This document shows positions 1 through 9,346 of a DNA stretch of 64,000 nucleotides, in pieces (position 1 is the first letter of the stretch; each line of letters opens with the position of its first letter). Source of the DNA: Sphingobacteriales bacterium (lineage in GTDB: Bacteria; Bacteroidota; Bacteroidia; Sphingobacteriales; Sphingobacteriaceae). The stretch spans positions 34,396 to 98,395 of the forward strand of contig JAPLFD010000008.1 of assembly GCA_026390835.1 (NCBI GenBank). Direction: 5' to 3'. A program made the translations under genes and the position numbers. The notes beneath the pieces were generated by a model. It made no database searches, was not told where the DNA came from, and was given only the letters and a program-made list of their open reading frames with translations.

Positions 1-244
1 TTTCAATAATTACTTTTACGGTAATGTCTTGGTCGTAGAGGGCGGGTTTAATGTATTTACATTTCAACTCTAATACAGGCATCATTATGCCCGAGGCCTC
101 CATAGATTCGTAGGTCATGCCTAGACTACGGAGTAATTCTACACGACCTACTTCGTAAAATTGGGCGTAGTTGCCGTAGTACATATAGCCCATTTGGTCG
201 GTTTCGCCGTAGCGTACGCGTATTTTAGTAGAATGAATGAGCAT
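1..244 (-). CDS. acyl-CoA thioesterase, YbgC/4HBT hotdog family (N-terminal part only; the gene runs off the window start)
   Basis: A reverse-strand ATG at 244-242 opens a frame with no stop down to position 1. My own translation is MLIHSTKIRVRYGETDQMGYMYYGNYAQFYEVGRVELLRSLGMTYESMEASGIMMPVLELKCKY..., a typical YbgC-type N-terminus. The start overlaps the mltG stop by 1 nt (TAATG). It is absent from the ORF track because it is truncated. Confidence 0.6.
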   Translation of the reverse strand, partial: MLIHSTKIRVRYGETDQMGYMYYGNYAQFYEVGRVELLRSLGMTYESMEASGIMMPVLELKCKYIKPALYDQDITVKVIIE

Positions 245-1296
245 TATTTCTTTATATTTCTGTCGTTAAGGGCTTGTTGAAATCTTTTCGCATTGGCTAA
301 ATGTTCGCCTAAATTAGGTGCAAAATTATGTGTTCCTGAGAAATCTTCTTTGGCACACATGAAAATATAGTTGTGCGTTTTTGCATTTAAAACGGCATCA
401 ATAGCGGCAATACTTGGCATACTAATTGGCCCTGGAGGCAAACCGGTATGCATATAGGTATTGTAGGGAGATTCCTTACGCAAATGTTTGTTCAATACAC
501 GGCGTATGGTAAAATCATTGTTGGCAAAAATAACAGTGGGGTCGGCCTCTAATTTTATTCCCTGATTTAATCTATTTAAATACAAGCCTGCAATAATGGG
601 CATTTCGCGGTCAATTAATGCTTCTGAATCAACAATAGAGGCCAAAATACTTACTTCTGTGGGACTTAAATTTATTTTTTTGGCTTTAGCTATTCGTTCT
701 TCGTTCCAGAATTGTTGGTAATTCTCAAACATTTTATTAATGAACGTTTTCGCATTGGTATTCCAATAAAACTCATAGCTGTTGGGAATAAAAAGAGTAT
801 ACACATTATCTGGTGTAAAACCGTAGGCCTGAACAAACTCGTTAGAATCAAGTAATTTGCTCATAGAAAGGCTATCGGCTTCCAATTTTTTTGAAACCAT
901 TACCACAAAGTTCTCCTTTAATCGGATGTTTTGAAAGTGTAGTTTCACAGGTTCTTGGTTACCCGATTTCAGCATATTTATCAAGCGTCGGTTGCTCATA
1001 CCCGCTGAAAGACGATATTTACCGGGTTTAATTTTATTACCAAAGCTCATTTTTTCTGCTGCCCAAGTAAAGCTGGCGGTATCTTTTAAGAGTTCTTGTT
1101 CTTTTAGGAGGGCTAGTAAATCTGCATAGGTAGATCCGGTGGGAATGTAAAGGTATTCGGCTTTATCTGTTACGTTGTTACCCATAAATCTCCAAACATA
1201 TTTGCCGGAGGTTATGCCTCCAATAAAGAGAATAAATGCGCCAAAAGCTAGAGCTAGCTTCATACTCAATTTCAATTTGCTTGTTTTTTTGATCAT
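244..1296 (-). CDS. mltG: endolytic peptidoglycan transglycosylase MltG (YceG family)
   Basis: 350 aa with an N-terminal TM anchor. The YceG-like layout includes LASIVDSEA and a C-terminal NTYxxxGLPPGPI motif. Confidence 0.85.
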   Translation of the reverse strand: MIKKTSKLKLSMKLALAFGAFILFIGGITSGKYVWRFMGNNVTDKAEYLYIPTGSTYADLLALLKEQELLKDTASFTWAAEKMSFGNKIKPGKYRLSAGMSNRRLINMLKSGNQEPVKLHFQNIRLKENFVVMVSKKLEADSLSMSKLLDSNEFVQAYGFTPDNVYTLFIPNSYEFYWNTNAKTFINKMFENYQQFWNEERIAKAKKINLSPTEVSILASIVDSEALIDREMPIIAGLYLNRLNQGIKLEADPTVIFANNDFTIRRVLNKHLRKESPYNTYMHTGLPPGPISMPSIAAIDAVLNAKTHNYIFMCAKEDFSGTHNFAPNLGEHLANAKRFQQALNDRNIKK

Positions 1297-1299
1297 AAA

Positions 1300-1608
1300 T
1301 TAGCTACGTTGATGATATTTTTGCCAGCCCAGTAGGCCGTCGTGTAAATTAAGTACATTTTTAAATCCGGCCGTTTCCAATACGCTGCAAGCCGTTAGGC
1401 TCCGAATACCCTTTTGGCAAATCACCACAATATCTTCCTCCGGATCAATATCAAGGTCATCAATAACCCGTATTAAGTGGCCTAATGGGATGTTTTTGCC
1501 ACCAATATTGAAGGTGTGAAATTCTAGTTCCTCTCGTACATCTAGCAATATTGGGGCATTTCCCTCTGCTAGTTTTTTGTGTAATTCACTTGCCGAAATA
1601 CAATTCAT
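1300..1608 (-). CDS. single-domain rhodanese-like sulfurtransferase
   Basis: 102 aa with the active-site loop CQKGIRS (CxxGxRS). Its start overlaps the stop of the upstream PASTA gene by 1 nt. Confidence 0.75.
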   Translation of the reverse strand: MNCISASELHKKLAEGNAPILLDVREELEFHTFNIGGKNIPLGHLIRVIDDLDIDPEEDIVVICQKGIRSLTACSVLETAGFKNVLNLHDGLLGWQKYHQRS

Positions 1609-2372
1609 TAATTTCCTCCAAGAACCAAATTAACACTACTGCCAATAGGCACTTTGCTTAACGAATCGCTAAGGGCCGGACTTTGTTTACTAATTTTCAA
1701 GTTCATAGTATCTCTAGAAGAACCTTGAAAACTAATTATCCCTAGCTTTAAGGAAGACCCAGATAAAGCCATTCGGGCTTCTTCAAGGGTTAAGCCAACC
1801 AAATCCGGAATATCTACCTCACTAGTGCCTAAACCATCGCCAAGTACTAAATTTACGATTGAGCCTTTCGGAATTTCGTCGCCAGCTTGTAGCACTCTTC
1901 CTTTAAATAAAAACTGCAATACAACATCTTTGGCTACATCCGAAACATAAGTGGTATCGCCCACTTTTAAACCAAAATTACTCAAAGTTACTTCGGCCTC
2001 TAAATAGGTTTTATTACTCAATTCTGGAAAGCGGACGATTGGCGATAAACGGGTAATCACCGTTAAATAAATGATTCTATTGGGTTTTACATTAGTATTC
2101 GGATCCGGATCTTGTTCAATTACAATTCCTGGTGCCTGGTTAGGCTGGTATACCGAATCTATTTGGTATCTAAAGCCTTGCGATTCTAAAACCTGTATGG
2201 CATTCTCAATAGTTAATCCTTTTAATTTGGGTACGGCAACACCTTCGCCATGAAGGGTGTAAAATCGCAAGCTATAAAAGCTTATGAGCAGGAAAGCAAC
2301 AAGCACAGCTAAGGCCCAGTATAAATTAGTACGGAAGGTTTTGGTGGTTAAATAGCCGAAGAAATTGCCCAT
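1608..2372 (-). CDS. membrane-anchored PASTA-repeat protein (no kinase or PBP domain)
   Basis: One TM helix (LYWALAVLVAFLLISFYSL) is followed by three ~65-aa PASTA-like repeats (VPKLKGLTIENA..., FPELSNKTYLEAE..., IPDLVGLTLEEAR...). I prefer the start at the MGNFFGYL ATG (2372). The longer ORF to 2480 would abut ddl, and a -7 box lies at 2402-2409. Confidence 0.7.
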   Translation of the reverse strand: MGNFFGYLTTKTFRTNLYWALAVLVAFLLISFYSLRFYTLHGEGVAVPKLKGLTIENAIQVLESQGFRYQIDSVYQPNQAPGIVIEQDPDPNTNVKPNRIIYLTVITRLSPIVRFPELSNKTYLEAEVTLSNFGLKVGDTTYVSDVAKDVVLQFLFKGRVLQAGDEIPKGSIVNLVLGDGLGTSEVDIPDLVGLTLEEARMALSGSSLKLGIISFQGSSRDTMNLKISKQSPALSDSLSKVPIGSSVNLVLGGN

Positions 2373-2401
2373 GTGTTTTTGATTATACGCTAATTTGATT
2401 T

Positions 2402-2409
2402 CAAATTTA
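2402..2409 (-). promoter_or_regulatory. candidate Bacteroidota -7 promoter element (TAAATTTG) for the PASTA-rhodanese-mltG string
   Basis: The plus strand reads CAAATTTA, which is TAAATTTG on the minus strand and matches TAnnTTTG. It lies 29 nt upstream of the 2372 ATG. Confidence 0.4.
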
Positions 2410-2467
2410 ATCGAAAAATAAGGAAATAGGAAGTTTAATCTTGCTAAATAGCTTCGCAATTTTACCC

Positions 2468-2475
2468 TATATTTG
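2468..2475 (+). promoter_or_regulatory. candidate -7 promoter element (TATATTTG) abutting the ddl start
   Basis: Exact TAnnTTTG match, with only 5 nt between its G and the ddl ATG at 2481. Confidence 0.45.
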
Positions 2476-2480
2476 AACAT

Positions 2481-3461
2481 ATGAAGAAAACCATTGCCCT
2501 CATTACTGGTGGATTTACTGGCGAAGCTGTTATTTCCTTAAAAAGTGCCGCTCAAATTGAGCAGAATTTAGATGCTGCTAAGTTTGAGGTGTACAAAATT
2601 ATCATTAGCCCCGAATCTTGGTACTACGAGTTTAATGGACAAGTAGTGGAGGTAGATAAAAATGATTTCAGCTTGGTAGTAGGGGGTAAAAAAATACTTT
2701 TTGATGCGGTATTTGTTGGTTTACACGGTTCTCCCGGCGAAGATGGCAAGCTGCAAGGTTATTTTGACATGTTGGGCATTCCGTACACTAGTTGCGATGC
2801 ACTAACATCAGCGATTAGCATGAATAAGGGTTATACCAAAGCCATTGTAGCCGATATCCCTGATTTATATGTCGCTAAATCGTGCCAATTTTTTGCCGAA
2901 AAGGCAGAAAATGCGACCCTTATTGAGCAAAGCTTAAAGTTACCCTATTTCGTAAAACCCAATAATGGAGGAAGTAGTATTGGTATGAGCAAAGTGAATG
3001 CTACTGCCGAATTGCCCAAAGCTCTCACAGCTGCTTTTAAAGAAGATACCCAGGTTTTAGTAGAAGAGTTTATTAAAGGCAGAGAGTTTACCATTGGGGT
3101 ATATTTGGGTAAAAATGGCGTTCAGGTACTGCCCGCTACCGAAATCATTTCCTCCAAAGAATTCTTCGATTTTGAAGCTAAATATACGCCCGGCGTTTCT
3201 GAAGAAATTACCCCCGGCCGCATGACAGAAGAAGAAAAGGTTAGGGTAGAAGCAGTAGTTAGAACTGTGTATAATAAACTAAACTGTAGGGGAGTAGTGC
3301 GTATCGATTATATTTTAGAAGAAGATAGTGGAAATTTTTACTTCATAGAAATCAATACAGTGCCTGGTCAATCAGAAAATAGCATTATTCCGCAGCAAGT
3401 GCGTGCTACAGGGCGTAGCGTGCAAGATTTTTACACGGAGTTGTTGGAGGTAGTACTCTAA
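2481..3461 (+). CDS. ddl: D-alanine--D-alanine ligase
   Basis: 326 aa with an ATP-grasp layout: GGxSxE N-terminus (ITGGFTGEAVISL), HGSPGEDGKLQG, and a C-terminal EINTVPG motif. Confidence 0.9.
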   Translation: MKKTIALITGGFTGEAVISLKSAAQIEQNLDAAKFEVYKIIISPESWYYEFNGQVVEVDKNDFSLVVGGKKILFDAVFVGLHGSPGEDGKLQGYFDMLGIPYTSCDALTSAISMNKGYTKAIVADIPDLYVAKSCQFFAEKAENATLIEQSLKLPYFVKPNNGGSSIGMSKVNATAELPKALTAAFKEDTQVLVEEFIKGREFTIGVYLGKNGVQVLPATEIISSKEFFDFEAKYTPGVSEEITPGRMTEEEKVRVEAVVRTVYNKLNCRGVVRIDYILEEDSGNFYFIEINTVPGQSENSIIPQQVRATGRSVQDFYTELLEVVL

Positions 3462-3471
3462 TTAAGCAGAT

Positions 3472-3894
3472 TTAAATAGAATATTTGGCAATCATTTCTT
3501 CGGTAATCTGCATACCCTTTCCCGTTTTGAGATCAATCATCACATAATCAAACCAGCCATCGCAGCTTATCTTGTTCGTTTTTTTGTTTACAATCTCAAA
3601 TCTCACTTTACAACCTTTGTTGTTAATCGTTTCTATACCCGTTTTTACAGCGAAATCGTCGCCAAGGCCCAGTGGGCGCTTGTAGTCTACAAAAGCGGTT
3701 CGAACTACCCAACCATAACCTTTTAACATAAATTCTTCCATCGACATGCCGTAAAAGCGTTCCATTTGCTCGTAGCGGGCAGCCAACACGTAATCAAAAT
3801 AGGTACTGTTGTGTACATGGTTAAACATGTCAATATCGTCGGGGCGTACTTTAAATTCGCTCGTAAAGCTGCTGTATTTAGGCTGTTCACTCAT
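3472..3894 (-). CDS. acyl-CoA thioesterase, hotdog fold (YbgC/4HBT-like)
   Basis: 140 aa. VRPDDIDMFNHVHNSTYFDY matches the thioesterase catalytic-Asp region. It appears to be a paralogue of the partial gene at 1-244. Confidence 0.65.
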   Translation of the reverse strand: MSEQPKYSSFTSEFKVRPDDIDMFNHVHNSTYFDYVLAARYEQMERFYGMSMEEFMLKGYGWVVRTAFVDYKRPLGLGDDFAVKTGIETINNKGCKVRFEIVNKKTNKISCDGWFDYVMIDLKTGKGMQITEEMIAKYSI

Positions 3895-3968
3895 CTAGCA
3901 AAGATGCTAAATATTTTATATCAACTAGATTTAAGCTAAAATTGCTTGTATAAACCAAAGCTAAACCC

Positions 3969-3976
3969 TACCTTTG
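3969..3976 (+). promoter_or_regulatory. candidate -7 promoter element (TACCTTTG) for rpsO
   Basis: Exact TAnnTTTG match. A TTG lies 20 nt upstream (3946-3948), and the rpsO ATG is 43 nt downstream. Confidence 0.5.
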
Positions 3977-4018
3977 CGGCAACTAATTAAATTATTAACG
4001 CTTTAATATTATTCAAGA

Positions 4019-4297
4019 ATGTATTTAAGTAACGAATTCAAAGCAAAAATTTTTGCTAAACACGGTAAAAGTGCCACCGATACAGGTACAGCTGAAGGTC
4101 AAGTAGCTTTATTTACAGCACGTATTGCGCACTTAACCGGTCATTTAAAAACCAACAAAAAAGATTTTTCTACTCAATTATCCCTACAAAAATTGGTAGG
4201 TAAGCGTAGAGCAATTTTGGCTTATTTATACAAAAAAGATATCAACAGGTATCGTGCCATTATTAAAGCATTGGAGTTAAGAGACATTATTAAGTAA
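4019..4297 (+). CDS. rpsO: 30S ribosomal protein S15
   Basis: 92 aa. The sequence ...GQVALFTARIAHLTGHLKTNKKDFSTQLSLQKLVGKRRAILAYL... is the canonical S15 sequence. Confidence 0.95.
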   Translation: MYLSNEFKAKIFAKHGKSATDTGTAEGQVALFTARIAHLTGHLKTNKKDFSTQLSLQKLVGKRRAILAYLYKKDINRYRAIIKALELRDIIK

Positions 4298-4313
4298 TTC
4301 TCAACCCTAAGCG

Positions 4314-4345
4314 AAAAGCCATCTCATTAGGGGATGGCTTTTTTT
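4314..4345 (+). terminator. intrinsic terminator/attenuator between rpsO and pnp
   Basis: Stem AGCCATC (4317-4323) pairs with GATGGCT (4333-4339) and is followed by a T7 run. Confidence 0.7.
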
Positions 4346-4415
4346 AATTTGTAACAAACAAAAACTACATATCGCTATGCTCAAAAGAGGAAAAGTATAG
4401 CACAATTAAAACAAC

Positions 4416-6545
4416 ATGAATCCAATTAAAAAAACATTCGACATTGGCGATGGCCGCATGATCGAAATTGAAACTGGCAAATTAGCCAAACAAGCCGATG
4501 GTTCGGTAGTCGTAAAAATGGGCGATACCATGCTTTTAGCAACGGTAGTTTCGTCGCAAACTGCAAAAGAAGGGGTAGATTTCTTACCACTTTCTGTAGA
4601 TTATCAAGAAAAATATGCCGCTACGGGTCGTATTCCGGGCGGTTTTTTACGCCGTGAGGCCCGTTTATCAGATTACGAAGTATTAATTTCTCGTTTGGTA
4701 GATCGTGCATTACGCCCTATGTTCCCTGAAGATTATCACGCAGATACGCAAGTAATGATCTCTTTGATCTCTGCCGATAAAGATATTATGCCCGATGCCT
4801 TGGCTGGTTTAGCCGCATCAGCAGCCTTAGCTGTTTCAGATATTCCGTTTAACGGACCTATTTCTGAAGTACGTGTAGCTAAAATTGATGGTAAATTAGT
4901 TATTAACCCATTAATGAGCGATTTAGAGCGTGCAACCTTAGAATTTATTGTAGCCGGTTCGTACAACGATATTGGCATGGTAGAAGGTGAGTGTAAAGAA
5001 ATTTCTGAAGCCGAAATGGTAGAAGCCATTGAATTTGCCCACAAAGCCATTAAAATTCAGGTGCAAGCACAACGTGAATTAGCCGAAATGGTAGGTAAAA
5101 CTACCAAGCGTGAATATTGCCATGAAAATAGCAACCCCGAATTACGCGAACGTGCTTTTGCCGATACGTACGATAAAGTATATGCCATAGCTAAATCAGC
5201 TTCTGCTAAAAACGAACGTTCAGAGAAATTTTCTGAGATTGAAAAAGCATTTATAGCTTCTTTAGGCGAAGGTTTAGACGATGTAACCAAGTTCTTGGCT
5301 AAAAAATACTTTCATGATGTACAATACGATGCTGTTCGTAACCTTGTGTTAGACGAAGGCATGCGTTTAGATGGTCGTGATTCACGCACTGTACGCCCAA
5401 TTTGGAGCGAAGTAAGTTATTTACCTGCTGCTCACGGTTCGGCGGTGTTTACCCGTGGCGAAACCCAAGCATTAACATCGGTGACCTTAGGGTCTAAATC
5501 GGATGAGCAAATGATTGATGGAGCATTTATAAACGGATACAACAAATTCTTATTGCACTATAATTTCCCTGGTTTCTCAACCGGTGAGGTTCGCCCAAAT
5601 AGAGGTGCAGGTCGTCGCGAAATTGGTCACGGTAACTTGGCTATGCGCTCTTTAAGACAGGTGCTGCCCGAAGAAAATCCATATACCATTCGTATCGTTT
5701 CTGATATTTTAGAATCAAACGGATCGTCGTCTATGGCAACTGTTTGTGCCGGTACTTTGGCCCTTATGGATGCCGGTATTCCTATTAAAGCACCCGTTTC
5801 TGGTATTGCAATGGGTTTAATTACCGACGAAAAAACAGGTAAATACGCCATTTTGAGCGATATCTTAGGCGATGAAGATCATTTAGGAGATATGGACTTT
5901 AAAGTAACCGGTACCGAAAAAGGTATTGTGGCTTGCCAAATGGACTTAAAAATTAATGGTTTGAAATGGGAAGTATTATCTGCTGCCTTAGAACAAGCAA
6001 AAGAGGCCCGTTTACACATCTTAAACGAGATGAAGAAAACTATTGCAACTCCTCGTGAAGATTACAAACCACACGCACCACGTATTGTTACCCTTAAAAT
6101 CGATAAAGAATTTATTGGAGCAGTAATTGGGCCAGGTGGTAAAATTATTCAAGAAATGCAACGCGAAACTGGTGCAAATATCTCTATTGAAGAAGTAGAT
6201 AACCAAGGTATCGTAGAAATTTTTGCAGATAATAAAGCTGCCATTGATGCTGCCGTTGGCCGTATTAATGCCATTGCTGCCAAACCAGAAGTAGGTGCCA
6301 CTTACGAAGGAAAAGTAAAAACCATTATGCCATTTGGTGCATTTGTAGAAATTATGCCAGGTAAAGATGGTTTATTACACATTTCTGAAATTGATTGGCA
6401 ACGTTATGAAACCATGGACGGCATTTTTAATGTGGGTGATATGGTAACCGTAAAATTGTTAGAAGTAGACAAACAAGGAAAACTTAAATTGTCTCGTAAA
6501 GCTTTATTGCCTCGTCCGCCAAAACCGGAAGAACAAGGAGCATAA
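4416..6545 (+). CDS. pnp: polyribonucleotide nucleotidyltransferase (PNPase)
   Basis: 709 aa with two RNase PH domains, then KH ([11 protein letters not shown]) and S1 ([15 protein letters not shown]) domains. Confidence 0.95.
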   Translation: MNPIKKTFDIGDGRMIEIETGKLAKQADGSVVVKMGDTMLLATVVSSQTAKEGVDFLPLSVDYQEKYAATGRIPGGFLRREARLSDYEVLISRLVDRALRPMFPEDYHADTQVMISLISADKDIMPDALAGLAASAALAVSDIPFNGPISEVRVAKIDGKLVINPLMSDLERATLEFIVAGSYNDIGMVEGECKEISEAEMVEAIEFAHKAIKIQVQAQRELAEMVGKTTKREYCHENSNPELRERAFADTYDKVYAIAKSASAKNERSEKFSEIEKAFIASLGEGLDDVTKFLAKKYFHDVQYDAVRNLVLDEGMRLDGRDSRTVRPIWSEVSYLPAAHGSAVFTRGETQALTSVTLGSKSDEQMIDGAFINGYNKFLLHYNFPGFSTGEVRPNRGAGRREIGHGNLAMRSLRQVLPEENPYTIRIVSDILESNGSSSMATVCAGTLALMDAGIPIKAPVSGIAMGLITDEKTGKYAILSDILGDEDHLGDMDFKVTGTEKGIVACQMDLKINGLKWEVLSAALEQAKEARLHILNEMKKTIATPREDYKPHAPRIVTLKIDKEFIGAVIGPGGKIIQEMQRETGANISIEEVDNQGIVEIFADNKAAIDAAVGRINAIAAKPEVGATYEGKVKTIMPFGAFVEIMPGKDGLLHISEIDWQRYETMDGIFNVGDMVTVKLLEVDKQGKLKLSRKALLPRPPKPEEQGA

Positions 6546-6562
6546 TTTTAAACTAATTGCTA

Positions 6563-6597
6563 AAAGCCCCTCCGAATTTTCGGAGGGGCTTTTTTTT
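6563..6597 (+). terminator. intrinsic terminator after pnp
   Basis: A 12-bp GC-rich stem, AGCCCCTCCGAA (6565-6576) pairing with TTCGGAGGGGCT (6579-6590), is followed by a T8 run. Confidence 0.85.
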
Positions 6598-6610
6598 ATA
6601 GCAGAATCCT

Positions 6611-6618
6611 TATATTTG
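6611..6618 (+). promoter_or_regulatory. candidate -7 promoter element (TATATTTG) abutting the rpe start
   Basis: Exact TAnnTTTG match, 4 nt before the ATG at 6623. Confidence 0.45.
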
Positions 6619-6622
6619 AATC

Positions 6623-7273
6623 ATGAAACACCTCATCGCTCCCTCGGTACTTTCGGCCGATTTTGCCAATTTACAACGTGACGTAGAGATGCTAAACCGC
6701 AGCCAAGCCGATTGGCTCCACATCGATGTTATGGACGGGGTGTTTGTACCTAATATTTCTTTCGGTTTTCCGGTACTTAAAGCCATTGCTAAGCATGCCA
6801 AAAAGCCATTGGATGTACATTTAATGATTGTAGATCCGGATCGTTATTTGGCTGAATTTAAAGAAGCAGGAGCCACGGTAATTACAGTGCACTATGAAGC
6901 TTGCACGCATCTGCATCGCACCGTACAGGCCATTAAAGCCTTGGGTTGTAAAGCAGGAGTGGCTATTAATCCGCATACACCCGTTTCAGTTTTAGAAGAT
7001 ATTTTAGCCGATTTAGATTTGGTTTTAGTCATGTCGGTAAACCCCGGATTTGGCGGGCAACAATTTATAGAGAACAGTGTTCAAAAAGTTAAAAAAATAA
7101 GAACCATGGCCACTACGCTAAACCCAAATCTACTTATTGAAGTAGATGGAGGCGTTGGTGTTGGAAATATTTCCAAACTGGTAGCCGCCGGAGCCGATGT
7201 GTTGGTAGCAGGCAACGCCGTGTTTGCTGCAGAAAACCCGGAAGCGATGATACAAGAATTAAAAACGTTGTAA
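6623..7273 (+). CDS. rpe: ribulose-phosphate 3-epimerase
   Basis: 216 aa. IAPSVLSADFANL...HIDVMDG.FVPN...MSVNPGFGGQ are hallmark motifs. Confidence 0.92.
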   Translation: MKHLIAPSVLSADFANLQRDVEMLNRSQADWLHIDVMDGVFVPNISFGFPVLKAIAKHAKKPLDVHLMIVDPDRYLAEFKEAGATVITVHYEACTHLHRTVQAIKALGCKAGVAINPHTPVSVLEDILADLDLVLVMSVNPGFGGQQFIENSVQKVKKIRTMATTLNPNLLIEVDGGVGVGNISKLVAAGADVLVAGNAVFAAENPEAMIQELKTL

Positions 7274-7303
7274 AACAGAAACGTTTTACGTAGAACAATA
7301 CCT

Positions 7304-8371
7304 ATGAAATACAATTTCGGAGCAGGTCCCTGCATTTTACCCCAAGAAGTTTTTAAACAAGCCGCTCAAGCCGTTTTGGAGTTTGATCACACGGGTTTGT
7401 CTATTTTAGAAATATCGCACCGCACACCCGAGTTCGAAGCCGTAGTGGCCGAAACCGAACGTTTGGTTCGTACTTTATTGAACGTACCAGAAGGCTATTC
7501 GGTTATATTTTTACAAGGTGGTGCTAGCTTACAATTTTCTATGGTGCCCATGAATTTATTGGGCGATGGTAAAAAAGCAGCCTATACTGATACTGGTGTT
7601 TGGGCCAATAAAGCCATTAAAGAAGGCAAATTATTTGGGGAAATAAATGTAATTGCCTCTTCAAAAGATGCCAATTACACCTTTATTCCTAAAGATTACG
7701 AAGTTCCGCATGATGCAGCTTATTTTCACTGCACCTCTAACAATACCATTTACGGAACCGAAATGCATCAATTTCCAAAATCGCCCGTTCCGGTGGTTTG
7801 CGATATGTCGTCGGATATTTTTAGCCGCGAAGTAAACGTAGCCGATTTTGGTTTAATTTATGCCGGAGCGCAAAAAAATATGGGCCCAGCAGGCGTAACC
7901 TTGGTGATTGTAAAAGATGAAATTTTAGGAAAAATTGACCGTAAAATCCCGTCGATGTTGGATTATAAAATTCATATTGAAGGTGAATCGATGTACAATA
8001 CGCCACCGGTATTCTCTATTTACGTATCGATGTTAAACCTGAAATGGTTGAAAGCCAAAGGCGGAGTGCCTGCTATTGCGCAAGAAAATTTAGCCAAAGC
8101 ACGAGCTTTATACGCCGAAATTGATCGTAATCCCTTATTTAAAGGAACATGTGCGGTAGAAGATCGCTCGAATATGAATATTTGCTTTGTGATGGAAAAT
8201 CCAGAGTTAGAAAAAGACTTTTTAAAATTTGCAGAAGACCGCGATATTATAGGAATTAAAGGACATCGCAGTGTGGGGGGCTTCAGAGCGTCCATGTATA
8301 ATGCATTGCCTATTTCTAGTGTCCACTTTTTGGTAGATACCATGCAAGAATTCGCTGAAAAACACGCCTAA
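7304..8371 (+). CDS. serC: phosphoserine aminotransferase
   Basis: 355 aa. [14 protein letters not shown]-terminus, with [12 protein letters not shown] containing the PLP lysine. Confidence 0.9.
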   Translation: MKYNFGAGPCILPQEVFKQAAQAVLEFDHTGLSILEISHRTPEFEAVVAETERLVRTLLNVPEGYSVIFLQGGASLQFSMVPMNLLGDGKKAAYTDTGVWANKAIKEGKLFGEINVIASSKDANYTFIPKDYEVPHDAAYFHCTSNNTIYGTEMHQFPKSPVPVVCDMSSDIFSREVNVADFGLIYAGAQKNMGPAGVTLVIVKDEILGKIDRKIPSMLDYKIHIEGESMYNTPPVFSIYVSMLNLKWLKAKGGVPAIAQENLAKARALYAEIDRNPLFKGTCAVEDRSNMNICFVMENPELEKDFLKFAEDRDIIGIKGHRSVGGFRASMYNALPISSVHFLVDTMQEFAEKHA

Positions 8372-8380
8372 ACCCATTTT

Positions 8381-9331
8381 ATGTTTAAATTATTAGCCAA
8401 CGATGGCATCGATCCAATAGGGAAAGAAATATTAGAAAAAGCTGGCTTTACAGTCGATACGCAAACTGTTCCGCAAGAGCAATTAGCGGCAGCATTACAA
8501 AACTACGATGCCTTAACAGTGCGTAGTGCCACCAAGGTGCGCAAAGAATTAATAGACGCCTGCCCCAACTTAAAACTAATCGGTAGAGGCGGAGTGGGGA
8601 TGGATAATATTGATGTGGATTATGCCCGAAATAAAGGCATAGCGGTGGTAAACACACCGGCAGCATCTTCATTATCGGTTGCCGAATTGGTATTTGCTCA
8701 TTTATTTACCGGCGTTCGTTTTTTACAAGATGCCAACCGAGCTATGCCTAGCAAAGGCGCTACAGCCTTTAACGATTTAAAGAAAGCCTATGCAAAAGGT
8801 ATAGAATTGCGTGGGAAATCCATCGGTATTATTGGTTTTGGCCGAATAGGTAAAGAAACCGCTAAAATTGCCTTGGGCTTAGGTATGGATGTATTGGCCT
8901 ATGATTTTTCACCCATACCAGAAACCCTACCTCTTGTTTTTTCTGGCGGTGTAGAAGTGAATTTACCTGTAAAAAGTGTTGATTTAGAAACGCTTATTGC
9001 AGAATCAGATTTTATCAGCTTGCACGTTCCATTTAGTGATAAACCTATTTTAGGTGCGGCCGAATTTGCACACATGAAAAATGGTGCAGCTTTGGTGAAT
9101 TGCTCACGAGGTGGAACAGTTGATGAAACTGCATTATTAGCCGCTTTAGATTCAGGTAAATTGGCCTTTGCAGGTTTAGATGTGTTTGATAACGAACCTA
9201 CTCCTCGTCAAGATTTGTTAAGTCATCCTAAAATTTCTCTTAGCCCTCATATTGGTGCTTCTACCAACGAAGCTCAAGAACGTATCGGAACCGAATTGGC
9301 TCAATTAATCATTGAGCATTTCAATAAGTAA
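8381..9331 (+). CDS. serA: D-3-phosphoglycerate dehydrogenase (short form, no ACT domain)
   Basis: 316 aa 2-hydroxyacid dehydrogenase. NAD-binding motif GIIGFGRIGKE. It sits directly after serC. Confidence 0.8.
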   Translation: MFKLLANDGIDPIGKEILEKAGFTVDTQTVPQEQLAAALQNYDALTVRSATKVRKELIDACPNLKLIGRGGVGMDNIDVDYARNKGIAVVNTPAASSLSVAELVFAHLFTGVRFLQDANRAMPSKGATAFNDLKKAYAKGIELRGKSIGIIGFGRIGKETAKIALGLGMDVLAYDFSPIPETLPLVFSGGVEVNLPVKSVDLETLIAESDFISLHVPFSDKPILGAAEFAHMKNGAALVNCSRGGTVDETALLAALDSGKLAFAGLDVFDNEPTPRQDLLSHPKISLSPHIGASTNEAQERIGTELAQLIIEHFNK

Positions 9332-9346
9332 TTAACCCACAATTCT

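Noticed and set aside
4736-6206. Antisense ORFs of 61-104 aa inside pnp (4736-5050, 5057-5290, 5627-5851, 6021-6206)
   Set aside because: They lie entirely within a confidently identified, motif-rich gene on the opposite strand. Their translations are low-complexity (Ser/Ala/Ile-rich) with no recognisable motifs, the typical shadow-ORF pattern.
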